Shown here piece by piece: positions 19,102-49,396 of a stretch of DNA of 64,000 nucleotides. The stretch is from Amoebidium appalachense. Lineage: Eukaryota; Protista; Ichthyosporea. The stretch covers positions 9,986,243-10,050,242 of the forward strand of contig CAVNZM010000009.1 in assembly GCA_963693365.1 (NCBI GenBank), in the 5' to 3' direction. Position numbers and translations under genes: made by a program. Positions within the stretch are counted from its first letter, which is position 1. Each line of letters starts with the position of its first letter. The notes below the pieces were generated by a model, which made no database searches, had not been told where the DNA came from, and was given only the letters and a program-made list of their open reading frames with translations.

Positions 19102-19471
19102 CAGGGCCCAACCATATCGGCAGAGTCAGCTTGCTACAAGCAGAATTATTCTGCAAAAGCGGAATTATTCTGCAAAAAGCAGAATTATTCTGAAAAAAGC
19201 AGAATCAATCTCTGCTAATTCTGCTTTTGCAGAATAATTCTGCTTTTAGCAGATTGATTCTGCTTTTTTCAGAATAATTCTGCTTTTTGCAGAATAATTC
19301 CGCTTTTGCAGAAAAAGCAGGATCACTCTGCAACCACCAGAATCAATCTGCTAAAAGCAGAATTATTGCAGAGTGATTCTGCTAATAATTCTGCTAAAAG
19401 CACAGTGATTCTGCTTTTGCAGAATAATTCTGCTTTTAGCAAGTTGACTCTGTCGATGTGGTTGGGTCCTT
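19102..19471. mobile_element. Foldback/MITE with long TIRs and internal gcagaattattctgc sub-repeats
   Basis: cagggcccaaccatatcggcagagtcagcttgct... pairs with ...agcaagttgactctgtcgatgtggttgggtcctt; internal ~19-bp units in both orientations; flanks ctctctct/ctctctcc. Confidence 0.8.
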
Positions 19472-19572
19472 CTCTCTCCCTCTCACTCGAGACTTTCCCT
19501 CTCTCTCTCTCCTTCTCTCTCTCTCTCTCCCTCTCTCTCTCTCTCTCCCCCTCCCTCTCTCTCTCTCTCTCA

Positions 19573-19627
<55 letters not shown>

Positions 19628-20655
19628 CCCCCCCCCCCCCTCTCTCTCTCTCTCTGCCTCTCCCTCTCTCTCTCTCTCTCTCTCCCCCCCCGAGCTCTCT
19701 CTTCCCCTTCCCCTGATCACCGCCCCCTTCTTCCTCCCCCCCCCCCCCCCCCCGCACTCTTACTCTGTGTTTTCCTTGAATTTCTCGCTCTCTTCTTTCT
19801 TCTCTCAATCGCGCCCTTTCTCTCCCTTCCTGCCGAGGCTCCCTCTTTCCGAACACCCTCTAGCTAGTATCTCTTTCCCCCCCTTCTCTTCCCCCCCCCC
19901 CCCCCTCTCCCTCGGCGCCCCCCGCGGCCGCCCTCCCCCCCCCGCTCTCTGTCTCTCTTTCCAGAGTCTTCCCCTCTCCCTACCCCTTAACCCCCTATCC
20001 CCTACCCCGCGCTCTCCTTCCCAAAGAACTACACGCACAGGCAGGCAGACATCTCTGTCCACCCACGAATCTCCCAACTCCCCCCGTCCCCCCCCCCAAC
20101 CCCACCCCCTCCCCCCCATCTTTTCCGGTAGCTTTTCGGCTGAAGTAAAATAACCTTGTTTTTCCTTTTTCATTCCACAACCCGCAGCTCATATTGAATA
20201 CTTGCTAGGACGACACTTTGCTGTAAGAAATCGAAATTTTAAAGCTCAATATGTTCACTTCTGCTGCAGCTGAGGATTACCAACGGTTCCCTTACCCCCC
20301 CCCCCCCCCCCCCCCCCCGGCCCAGGCTCTCCCTCCCTCCCTCCCTCTCTCCCTCTCCACCCCACCCTCCCTCCCTCCTTCCCTCCTTCCCTCCCCTCCC
20401 TCCGCTCCCTCCCTCCCTCCCTCCCTGCCTCCTTCTCTTTTTGGGCTTCTACCCGAGGCTTTGCACTTGATAGAACCTCTCATCCTCTCTAAGCTATTCA
20501 GGCACGGGACTCTACGGCGGTTTATACGACTCTCTCTGTTTCTGTGGACACCAGAATCCCACCCCTCCCCCCCCCCTCCCCCCCCCCCCCCCCCCCTCTT
20601 CTCTTAACCTCCTCCCCCCTCCCCCTCCCCCGGTCCCCGCCCATCCCCCAGCGTG

Positions 20656-20726
<71 letters not shown>

Positions 20727-20741
20727 GCACGCACGCACGCA

Positions 20742-20785
<44 letters not shown>

Positions 20786-22871
20786 TTGAAGCACAATCGT
20801 TACCTCCACTAGCGAGACTAATTCATATGTGATTCTCAACTTTTCTTTTTTCAGGAAAAAACGGCAGCTATCTATAAGGACTATGTCGGGCTATCTTGGC
20901 GCGAGGCCCAGGTCATTAAAGGCATCTCCGGATATCACGTCATATAAACGGCAATGTCAACACCATCTCTCTAATGATTACACCTTCGCCAGCGGTGTCC
21001 CAGAGCGGGAAAAAAATAGTTTCGCCCAATAAGGCAATGTCCTAATATAGTCACTTACCATAATTGTCAGTGGGTAATCGTCTGAAAAGGCAAAATTGGC
21101 TGACATAGTCGCAAATTTGAGACCACCAGTTCTTGCTGCAGATGCAGCCACCGTGGAATATTTTTTTGTTTTTACCTTTATTTATTATTTCTTTTTCTTT
21201 CTTTCTTTTTTTTTTTTTTTGGCTATTTTCCAGACCACCTTTCTTTAGGTGGGTGCAAGCATTAGGAAGCCGACCCTGTCGATCTAAATGACGGAACTTG
21301 TAGTACGGACATGGCGGAACAGGCGATCAACTTAACGACTTTCGTGTTTCAGTGACTGGGTGGGGTTGCCCTGGGGGGGGGAGGGGAGGGGGGGGGGGGG
21401 GGGGGTCTGGCGAGGAAGGGGGAGGGGGAGGAATGGGGATGGGGGGAGGAGGGGGGAAGAGGGGGGGGGGGGGGGGGGGGTTGGAGGGAGGAATGATCAA
21501 CCATCGATCGGACGTGGTTTTCGTTAAAGTACGTCGAGGGTTCTCGATTTCAAAAACAGCGAAAATTCGCAGGGGTTATTGCATTGAGTAGGCAAGGCAG
21601 TGCATGTCCATCCAATCATCGCAAAGCAATATGAGGAGTTCGAGAACATGCAATCATAATAGACACTCGAACCCTCCCCCCCCCCCCCCCATCACATACA
21701 CCAGCCCATCTCCAACCCTTGCCACCCTGAGGGTTGCCACAATTTGGCTCTAAATCTATGAGGCACTATATTTGCCACAAGCCACTGTAACGAGACGGGT
21801 ATAGAACCCCCCCCCCCCCCTCCCCCAGGGGCCAGCTTGGTTCAGAATCCTCAAGCACACTTGATCAAAATTAATGAATCAGGTCCGAGGGGAGAGGAAA
21901 GAGGGGGAGGAGGGGGGGGGGAGGGGGGGGGGGAGAGGGGGGGGGGGGGGGGAGGGGAGGGATATAATGTGTGCAGTGTGTGTGCCGCTGGGTGAGTTGG
22001 AGAAATAGAGGGGCCGTGAGGGAGGGGGAGGGGAGGGGCGGGGGGGGGGGGGGAGGGGGGGGGGGAGGAGGATTGGAGGGGGGGAGGGGGGGAGGAAGGG
22101 AGGGGGAGGGGCTCAGAATCATCTGATCGTTGGTAGTATCCAGGTGCAGAATCACGTTAGTGTTTGGTCTGTGTGATGACTGTTTCTGTTCGGATTGCTA
22201 TGGAATGGCAGTGGTATGCATGGTATTAAATTTAGGGGCATAGACACAGCTGATTGGTTAATGGGGCTTCCCGGGATTGTTTGGGAATCTAGCTGAGTGC
22301 AGATGATTGGAGTAAGGTCATTGGCTGGTTTAGTCGACAGATGATCGGTCACACTGGGTCACCAAAGCACGAGTATATCATCCCCCGTTCATCATACACA
22401 ATAAAGATGAGTTGAGCAATGTGGCTGAAATATTTAAACCTCGGCCGGGGGGGGGGGGGGAGGGGGGGGGGGGGGAGGGGAGGGGCTGAAACGGCCCGGG
22501 GGGAGGGGGGACTGAATGGTGAAGGGGGGGGGGAGGGGACTGAATGGGGGGGGCTTGATGGGTTGGGGGTGGGGGTGGATGCCAATATCCTTCCACAGTG
22601 GCTTTGTCCTCCTAATCCATCCCCCCCCCCCCCCCCCCCAAAAAAAAAAAAAAAAAAAACCCCACCATCACCACCACCACCCATCCCCCCTCATCTCCCC
22701 CGACATACCTCTCTTTCCCCTCTGAGTCTGTGGGGGGCTCCCCCGTAGAACATAAAGGAGTCTCAGAAGTAACCGTTGGAGCTCGGGACTCATTGGGCTA
22801 TAAATTGACAAACACTCAGTCTGGGTTGCTTACCAGACAAAGCCCCATTCAGTGAGTCTTGGCGTATGTCC

Positions 22872-22907
<36 letters not shown>

Positions 22908-23461
22908 CAAACAAAAAAAAAAAAAAAAAAACCGCCCGTCACACACACACATCGACAGCAACAAAAGAAGCAGTTGGCCAGTTGCACGTTTACTGATGTT
23001 TCCAAGTTATCCGCCCCAATGAAGGACATCTGGCCATACATAGTTGCATGCTCCAGCTGTCTGTCCAGGGGTTATATGCATTTTTTCCTATTGACCTAAA
23101 TATTGGTGGCAGACACTGTGACATATCATGGCACATTTATGCGGCCAATATTATAACGTCACTCGTCAGCCAAAACTCCGGAAACGGCTGTCCTTTTTAA
23201 TCATACACCATGATGTTTCATTGTGGCCTCACGCTAACCTCTAGTTCAGGAATCCCGGTGTGTACGTGCATGCGTGCCCGCGTCTGCGTGCGTGCGCATG
23301 TGTGCGTGTGTGTGCGTGCACGTGTGTGTGTGCGCGCATGTGTGTGTGTGCGCGCATGTGTGTGTGTGTGTGCGTGTGTGTGTGTGCGTGTGTGTGTGCG
23401 CGCGTGTGTGTGCGCGTGTGCGGCCGGGTGTGTGTGAGGGTTTGCGTATGGGTATGTATGT

Positions 23462-23494
<33 letters not shown>

Positions 23495-23923
23495 GGGGGG
23501 GGGGAGGGGAGGGAGGGGGGGGGGGGGGGGGGGGGAAGGGGGGAGGGCTGGGGTAGAGTGGGGAAGGGGTTGGGTTCGTACAACCCACAGCCCAACAATA
23601 GCTCGTTGTATTCAACCTGAACTTGTGTTTGCACCAGATACCTCCCCCCTCCCTCGGGCCCTTCCCCCCCCCGAGGCCCCCCCGGAACAACGTCCGTCTG
23701 TCCAACCACCCCACTTCCCTGTAGAGTGAGTGACAGTAGTATTGGAAGAGTTTCACTTCAACCCTATTAATGTTAAGTTGTGAATTGGCAAAGATTACCA
23801 AAACCTGTAGATTAAGGAAGAGAGTGTGACGAATCCATTTCCGGCACATTCAGCAATATAGCTGATCTGTTAGATTTAGGATACCGCAACGGACAACCAT
23901 AAGTTGTAATGAAACATTTATAG

Positions 23924-24160
23924 CAGGCAACCATATATGGCAGGCAACCATATACGGCAGGCAACCATGTATGGCAGGCAAACATATATGGCAGGCAACA
24001 TATATGGCAGGCATGTAGTAATCATATATACCATATACGGCAGGTATGTCACAAGTGGCAGGCAACCACTGGTATATGGCATGTATGTAATCATATATGG
24101 CAGGCAACCATATCTGGCAACTATGCAATCATATATGGCAGGCAACCATACATGGCAAGC
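23924..24160. repeat. Minisatellite of ~17-bp atatatggcaggcaacc units
   Basis: About 11 degenerate tandem copies, some separated by short inserts. Confidence 0.85.
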
Positions 24161-25701
24161 ACGTGCCTCTCACATTTGATCAGGCCGTGCACTATACGGC
24201 TCCGGCATTCGCCCAAATCTATGGGCAGGCTCTCTGCCACACACACACACTCTCTCTCTCTCTCCTTTCTCCCTCTCTCTCCCCCCCCCTCTCTTTCTCT
24301 CTCTCTCTCTCTCCCCTCCCCCCCTCCCCCCTGCCCGCAGCTACTAGGCTTAATCTCTCTGTCTCGTTCGCTCTGTCAGCCCTCTGTCTCTTCATGTGCT
24401 TTCTCTCCTGGAATAATGATGCATACATCGTAGTTTCCTTCCTCCCCCCCCCCCTCCCCCAACCCTTAAATGTTTTCGAGTCTAGAGATCTCTCTCTTCC
24501 CCTCAGCACACACGTAACACACAAACACAAAAATAACCACAGGTACCATCCCCCCGGCCCCATTCCTCCCCGGGCCCTCTCTCTTCCGAGGGCTTAAGAG
24601 TTGCATCCACCCTCCTTACCCTTGATGTTTCTCCCCTTTTCCTCCCCCTTCCCCACCTAACTACCATATTCGACCCCACCCAAACACGTGCACTGCCATG
24701 CATGCAGGGATATACTAGATATATGCACCACTTATTTGGTCCCACGAGTGGTGTCTGCGTTCACACGTGTACACACACACAGGCATGGCCACTTAAATCA
24801 CCTACGAATCCTGTTGGCTCCATGTATTGCCCAGCAGTTTTTCAATTTTTTCTTGTCGGCTGGGTGAACCCCTACACAGTACTGTAGAGGTTATAATTAT
24901 ACCATGGGAGGAGGGGGAAGGGGCCCAGCCCCGAAAAGCCCCGGTACAGGGGGGAGGGGGCCCCTTGGGGGGGGGGGGGGGGGGGAAGGGGAGAGTGGGG
25001 GGGGGGGGGGGGGGGGGGGGGGGGAGGGGGGAGGGGAGCATGCTGTTCAAGATGGCCGTGGGGTCCGGCGGGGGGATGCGCAAACACTCCCAGCAATGTG
25101 TCAATTTGTGATTGGTCCATTCTAACCAATCAAATTACAGATATGTCAATGGAATGCGAGTCAACAATAAAATAAAAACTATCCCGGCCAAAAATCCCAC
25201 TTTTGGACCGCAGAAAGAGCCTGAGAGAGGGTGTGCTTTTTAGCTTTCTTGGCTGGGTTTCTTCAAGTGACCTGGTGTGATGCAAGTGTTAGGATGATAG
25301 AGCGAGGCAACAGGGAATAACGGATGAGTGGTAGTTAACTGTGTGTGTGTGACGGTGTCTCCTGTATTTTGGTTTGGCACATGGTGCACGAGAACTCGCT
25401 ACGTTTATTTTACGAGGTGAATTCCGCTTTTGAATCCGTCTAACTCCAGGACACACACACGCGCAAACACAAGACACAAAAAGGCAGGAAACATACATAC
25501 ACGAAAAGGATTTGCAGTACGCACGTGCCGTGCACCTTGAGCACGAATTGAAACATACAACAAAATCTCAAGCCAACCACCGAGGATAATACCCACCGAC
25601 TACCTCCTTGTATGGGCAAGATCTGTCTGATTTGCTTTCATAAGGCTAGAGCCATAGCAACATTTTCTCCAGCTGTTTCTCTCTCACACATAAAGCAAAA
25701 G

Positions 25702-36222
<10,521 letters not shown>

Positions 36223-36959
36223 GTGTTGATTTACACAGGCACAAAGAAAAACACGACACAAAAAGACAGACACATGCACGCATATTCTGATGCACTCGTG
36301 CACGCACACATTCGTACACACATGCACACACACACGCATACACACACATGTACAAAAATCTTGACGATGGTCCCAATTTGGGTGGTGTACGCGTGAATGA
36401 ACATCATAGCCTCTTGAATAGAATTATAAATAAATCCTAGTGTTGTTTCTAATTGGCTGTGTTTCACAAGTTTTGCGATCATTCCGGTCCGATTATGTGT
36501 GTTGTACATAGGCACCCCATCGTCAGTTTGCATCTCTGCAGAATTCCAAAATAAATTGTTCTCAAGCGGATAAATAATAAACGACGCTACCTCCGGATCC
36601 ATGCATATGCTTCCCCCTTCCCCCCTCCCCCACCTTCCCCAACACACACACACGTGCCGGCCCCGGCCCGCTCTCCGCTCAACCCACGCGTGCAAATGCA
36701 TGCGCACACATGGACAAACACACGCACATGCACACACCATCGCATAGATCTAGACATGCATATGTACATGCATCCCGACCCTGGCCATGGCCATTGGGAC
36801 AAGTTTTTACACATGTGCACCACCGCCGTCTATGTAAATTTTTGGCTTTCTAGGTACACATTCATATATCGGACACCTTATAATTAACATACCGAGAGCG
36901 CTTTTTACCAAGGATCATACACGAATTCATCGCGTCGACGAAGGTAATTATTAAGTTGA

Positions 36960-37355
36960 ATCTGTTTCACTTGAACATGGGTGCACATAGACACCCGTCT
37001 TGATCAGAGACGAGTAGGGGTTTTAATACTTAAGTGAGCAGGAAGGCCTCGTTTATCTAGGAGGCCTTGGTGAGCAGGCAATAAACACGGGCAGTGCGAC
37101 TGGTCAGGGGGTGTAGAAAGCTGCAGCAGTAAGCAGAAGCAAGCGGGAAGGGAATTCAAGAGACGGGGCTTCTGGGAGGCTCGCCCCGTCGCTACTTCTC
37201 TGGCTAATTAGAACATACCATGGCCACGTGATTTTGCGAGCAGAGGGGAAAACATGAGAAATGACCCCGGGGCCTGCCGCAGGTTGAACACGCTAACTAG
37301 GACGGAAAGCCTTTTTCGGATATAGTTGCTATTACCCATTGCTTTGGGTTTGAAA
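36960..37355 (-). mobile_element. Structured repeat, diverged copy retaining the 5' portion
   Basis: Collinear with 37663-38063 (cccgtcttgatcagagacgag, gagacggggcttct...ccgtcgctac, cccattgctttggg). Confidence 0.75.
37042..37069. mobile_element. 28-bp micro-MITE with 8-bp TSD nested in the structured repeat
   Basis: aaggcctc/gaggcctt TIR; gtgagcag at 37034-37041 and 37070-37077; absent from the sister copy near 37720. Confidence 0.8.
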
Positions 37356-37486
37356 AAGAAAAGTTAGTCCGAGTTATGTTACGCTGGCAGGTGAAAATTG
37401 TCGTATGGGTTGGGTTTGGATTGAATTTAGGGTTTTTGTTTTGTTTTGTTTTTTTTTTTTTTGAGGGGGGGGGGGGGGGGGGGGGG

Positions 37487-38063
37487 TTGAATGCGTCAAA
37501 AAGTACGAAGTACACAAGAACAAACGGATAACACGATGCAGAATGCAAGCCATACATAAAGAGCATGCATAATAAGCAGAGCCCATCCTCAGGGGGGGGC
37601 CACGTCATCCACAGTACCCGAGTTTCGACCTATTCACCTCGTTAACGAAACCCAACTCAGATACTGTTTAACTTGAACATGGGTAGGTCACCCGTCTTGA
37701 TCAGAGACGAGCAGGGTTGCTTATGCAGGCAAGGGCAGTGGGAAAGGCCGGGGGTTAAAGTTGCAGCAGTAAGCAGAAGCAAGAAAAATATAGATAGGAA
37801 CTCAGGAGACGGGGCTTCTAGGAAGCTCTCCCGTCGCTACCTAAGTCGATATTTCCCTGGCTAACATACTACACCAGCTGAAAAGAATGAAGTCCCGAAG
37901 GCCACAGAATTCGCAATCAGAGGGGAAAATATGAGATTTGACCCACGCCACAGGGTGGTAACACGCTTACTAGGGCGGAACTTTAACGTATTCGAACGGA
38001 AAGCTATGCCCCCGGATGTCAGCCGGAAATATGGTATCACCCATTGCTTTGGGCTTGGAAAAT
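37487..38063 (-). mobile_element. Longest (putative full-length) copy of the structured repeat, subfamily A
   Basis: Shares its 5' boundary (cccaaagcaatgggt) with the 36960-37355 copy and its 3' end (gcattcaa + poly-C) with the other copies. Confidence 0.8.
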
Positions 38064-38359
38064 GTCACGCCGGCGGGTAATGGGTTCCAAGAGAGCTGTC
38101 GCCAACAGAGTGGTGTGTGCATGCGTGCGCGTAACGCAATGTGTGAAGTGTGTCTATAGCTATGAGAGGGGGTATGCAGAAGTGGACAGATGAAGTGTGT
38201 GGAGAGAAAAAAAGTAGGAAGAAAAGTAGACACCTGTGTGTGCAACCCCGCACAACATACATACACACACACACATAAATAAGCGAAGATTACAGGTGAT
38301 TAACCAGAACAACAAATGACAAGCAAAACAACAGGCACCCCCCCCCCCCCAAAAAAAAA

Positions 38360-38392
<33 letters not shown>

Positions 38393-38624
38393 AAGGGGGG
38401 GGGGGGGGGGGAGGGGGAGGGGGAGGGGAGGGGGGAGGGGAGGGGGGGGAGGGGAGGGGGGGAGGGGAGGGGGAGGGGGTCTTAGGGATGCTGCAGAATC
38501 GTCAGATATTAGACATACCAATACAATCATTCTCTCATATATGAGAGAAGATTGTGACTAACGATGTGCAGAGCTGGTTAAGACCTGTTGAGTGTGCAGA
38601 GAAAATGGGAGGGGGAGGGGGGGG

Positions 38625-38658
<34 letters not shown>

Positions 38659-39442
38659 GAAGTAAGAGAGGGGAGGGTATGTGTTAGAGTGTCAGTAGTC
38701 TCAGGGGACCCTGCAGAGTCGTTAGATATCAGACAAAAACGCACCAACGACCAAGTTCTCCAAGGGGAGAAATGCGTAAAACGTTCTGCAGAGTGAGTTA
38801 GAGACCTGCTGATGAGAAGAGTGTGTACAGGGTTTGGCCGGGGGGGGGGGGGGGGGGGGAAGAAGGATTTTTCTTTTTTTAAAAAAAAACCCCCTGTGGT
38901 GGACAGATCAGAGACGACAGCTCCATTCCAAAACTTACCAGGCAACCCAAAAACCTAGCCGGCTGACAAAGAAGAAAGGCGGGGGAATTGTTTGGGAAGA
39001 GGGAGACACACACAGGAGAGGGAGAGAGAGAGGGAGGGAGGGAGGGAGGGGGGAGGTGTAGGGGCTTGTAGGGGGGGGATCGGGATAGAGTGGGGGACTA
39101 GGGAGTGTTGATCTTTTTAGTGATGATGGAGAGTATGTGAGAGGAGTGAACGCCACGGTATATGTGCGGGTGTGTGGCGAGAAAGCTGTGCATTTTGTGG
39201 TGCAAGAAGGGGGGGGGGGGGGGGGGGGGGCAATTACATTCACATAGTGCTTTGGGCGCTACAATAACTACATGTTCACTCGATGCACACAGTAGTTCTA
39301 AGGGCAGCATGTGTTCACATGCACACGGTAATTTTGATGCACACATGGGGGCGGCAACCACACATGTTCACATAGTAGTCTTCATGCACAAAGTGCGTTC
39401 AGACGCACACAGTAATTAGTTTCTGGTGCACACAGTGCTAGT

Positions 39443-41917
<2,475 letters not shown>

Positions 41918-42420
41918 TCATTAGGGCCCTGCTTCCTCCTCCCCTCACCGAGAGGGCAACCACACCACCCCATCCGCCAGTCGAACAGTGGACTCCTACA
42001 CACTAGCCAAGGAGCTGATATACGCAGTGTCTATAGCGTATATGTCAAAGAACACTTCAACTCTTTAGTGTCTGTATTAGCTACTTTCAGAAAGTGGTCC
42101 GTGTGTAGTGTACTACAGTGCCTCCCCTCTGTTCATTCGTGTCTCAACATCCTCGCCCTTCGTCGCCTCAAAAAAACTTCCACCCTCCGCCAAACACTCC
42201 TGCCGCCTTTCCCACCTCATTTCCGTTCTTTCTTCTACCAAAATGAAACCCTTCCTCTATGTTTTGAGGCATCTATACCTGCAGTTCTCTCCGGAGGCTT
42301 GTCCGGAAACCTAGGCCAAAAAGGAACCGAACCAGGCCGATGCGATGATTTTGAAACCCGGCCGCCGCCCGCCCCCTGTTCTGTCGCAGTCTGTCGCAGT
42401 TTGATATGCATCACGAGCAG

Positions 42421-42430
42421 GTCACGTGAC
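42421..42430. promoter_or_regulatory. Palindromic E-box GTCACGTGAC in the RPS27A/NOL12 divergent promoter
   Basis: Perfect 10-bp palindrome between the two start codons. Confidence 0.45.
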
Positions 42431-42831
42431 TAAATTATGCTGGATCATGCCAACGTTTGCCTGAAAATTCATGCAATTTCATGCAAAGCTCGTCTCCTTA
42501 GAAAGAATAGATTCTCCCTAACCACAAAATGAAGATATGCACGTGCAAGACACAAGAACAGTGTCACTGTGTGGAACTTCGAAAAGTGGGAAAGGGACGT
42601 CTAACAAGGAGTGAATTCATGTTTCGTTTAGTTTATAGAGAGCTCTTTTTTTCTTATCCGCTCAATTCTATTGGGTATAGGAATATGATACTGAGCGTGT
42701 TATGGGAATAACTGCTTGGCATCTTCGGTTGCCACGCACGGTGACATCGTGCCAAATACGTTTGAATTGAGGGTAGAGGTTACAGACCTAGTGCAACTGG
42801 GAGACTCAAGCCGGCGGGCTGAGAATTCAAA

Positions 42832-47213
<4,382 letters not shown>

Positions 47214-47627
47214 AATGGTGTTGGGAATGGTTGTGTGTTTTTTGTTTCATTGTTTTTTTGTGAGCGGTTTTTCGATATAGTGTTTTCTAGAAGCACTGCA
47301 CGCAGTATGTGCATAGCTGCAAACACGTGTCGAATGTTCGTGTGTCTACGGTGGATATCTGTGGCTTTCACACCAATACTGGCAGAATGAATTTCATTAC
47401 ATGATTCGATTTAATGCATGAAAGATTGGAGCCGCTTTATAATTTAATAGCGTAATCCCACTGGTTTCGGATTTAGACAAGCCCCACAGTACTAGTGGCT
47501 GTTTCTTTGATTTTTCTCGTCTTTGAATACGACACGTCGGTGTTGTCTACTGTTTCTTCTCCCGGTATATTCCCCACTTTACGACTGTAATGTTTGCAAT
47601 TGTAAGGTTTGGCGATTTCCCTGCACG

Positions 47628-47672
<45 letters not shown>

Positions 47673-48289
47673 CGGAGATTATAAGAGCACTCAGTCACAT
47701 AATTGTTGATGTTAGGGTGCATGTGTGCCTGTTGAAACTGGAATGAATGAAAATAAATACGCACGTGTGGCTCCTGGGCGGCCAGCAGTCACAAACCACT
47801 CCCATTACTCTCGGGCTCTGCCCCCCTTCCCCCTCCTCCCCCCCCTCCCCCCCCCCCCCCCCTTCCTGCGTGTATGTGTACTTCAACCGTATAATTCCGC
47901 ATTCTAACCTCCCCCCGCCCCCAGCTTTCTGCACCACCAGAACCACAATCACCTTTGTAATTACTACAAATAGTGCTACGTACAACCGGTGGCCACCAAC
48001 ACCCACACCTCACATGTGTGCCCACGAACACTAACGCGTACACCCAGGCACACAGATACACATCATTGGTGACCACCACGTGTACAAATTAATCACGTGG
48101 ATGCACCGGGTCCATGTCGATCCCGGGCCCTTGATTTGAAATGAACTTTGAGAAAACGAATGCGGCAAGCAAATGCGGCAGCGTGAACCTACTTGTACCT
48201 GGAGGCATCCACGCGTACGTACAGGGACCCAACACGGCCACCATCCTCACATCCCATGTGCACGTCTCTTGCTTTCCCCCCCCCCCCCC

Positions 48290-48339
<50 letters not shown>

Positions 48340-48869
48340 CCCAGGCCCCTCTACACCCCCTCCCCCTCCCCTCCGGCCCCTCCACCCCCTCCCTTCCCCA
48401 ACCCTCCCTTTTCTCTCTTTCTCTTTCGCCCCCCTCCCGCCTTCTTCTCTCCCCCCCCTCCCCCCTAGGCCTCCCCCCGCCTAGGCTCTTGCCTTTAAAT
48501 ATTCCCTCCCAAATGGAGTGGTTTTCCCCACTCTACCCCCAGTTTTGTATATACCCTCTCATCTCTTGCAACTGAATCAGTAGAAGAGCCAGCTCGAAAA
48601 GCCTAGAACAGTAGCATGATCATGGGCTGCATTGTTCACATACTATGACATCCCCCCCCCCCCCCCCCCCCCCCCCCCAATATGGCCATATCCCCGGCCG
48701 GCGGGGCCGGGCCGGCCCCCCCCCCCCCCGGCCCCCCCCCCAAAACATACATACACATAGGCGGAGATAGTGTGGTGCCCCCCTTTCTCTCCTAGGTCCA
48801 AAATAACTAACACAGAATAAAGCATAATTTAACTTCAACAAAACACCCCAGCCCCCTCCCCCCCGGCCG

Positions 48870-48903
<34 letters not shown>

Positions 48904-49354
48904 ATTGGCCCCTCCGAGTCCTCCCCTCCTTTCCCTCCTCCTATTCTGTATAATTCGTAAGTAATTGCGGATGAGTCAGGGATTTCCACTTGCAGAACGG
49001 ATAAATTTCTAAATATTCAGGCCTAGGAATGCTGTGGAATAAAACCGGGAATCATTTCGTTTTTTACGTGGGTGACGTCGGCTCCTGATCCCGGCCCACC
49101 AAATACCTCAATCCCCCTTTATCCCCCCCCCCCCCCCCCCCCCCTTCCCCCCCTTTAAACCCCCCCCCCCCCCCCCACCATCACCACCACCACCAACCCA
49201 CCCCACCCCCATGCGCGCACCCACGAAACCATTCACAATAAATCCAGAAATCTTGTTTTGTACGCGGTTGACTGCTACTCCTAACTTATCTCCCCGTGCC
49301 CGGGGCCCGGTGAAACCCCCCCCCCTCCATCCCTTTCCCTGCCCCGTTCTAGAG

Positions 49355-49396
<42 letters not shown>

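Noticed and set aside
22172-22255. Box C/D snoRNA (GTGATGA...CTGA)
   Set aside because: No terminal stem and only a poor match to rRNA
23924-24160. CRISPR-like or coding repeat (CLPYM peptides)
   Set aside because: Mostly contiguous degenerate 17-mers without unique constant-length spacers, so a minisatellite
38300-38970. Minus-strand coding exons downstream of RPS27A
   Set aside because: One splice-like mini-exon and a local duplication, but no coherent reading frame
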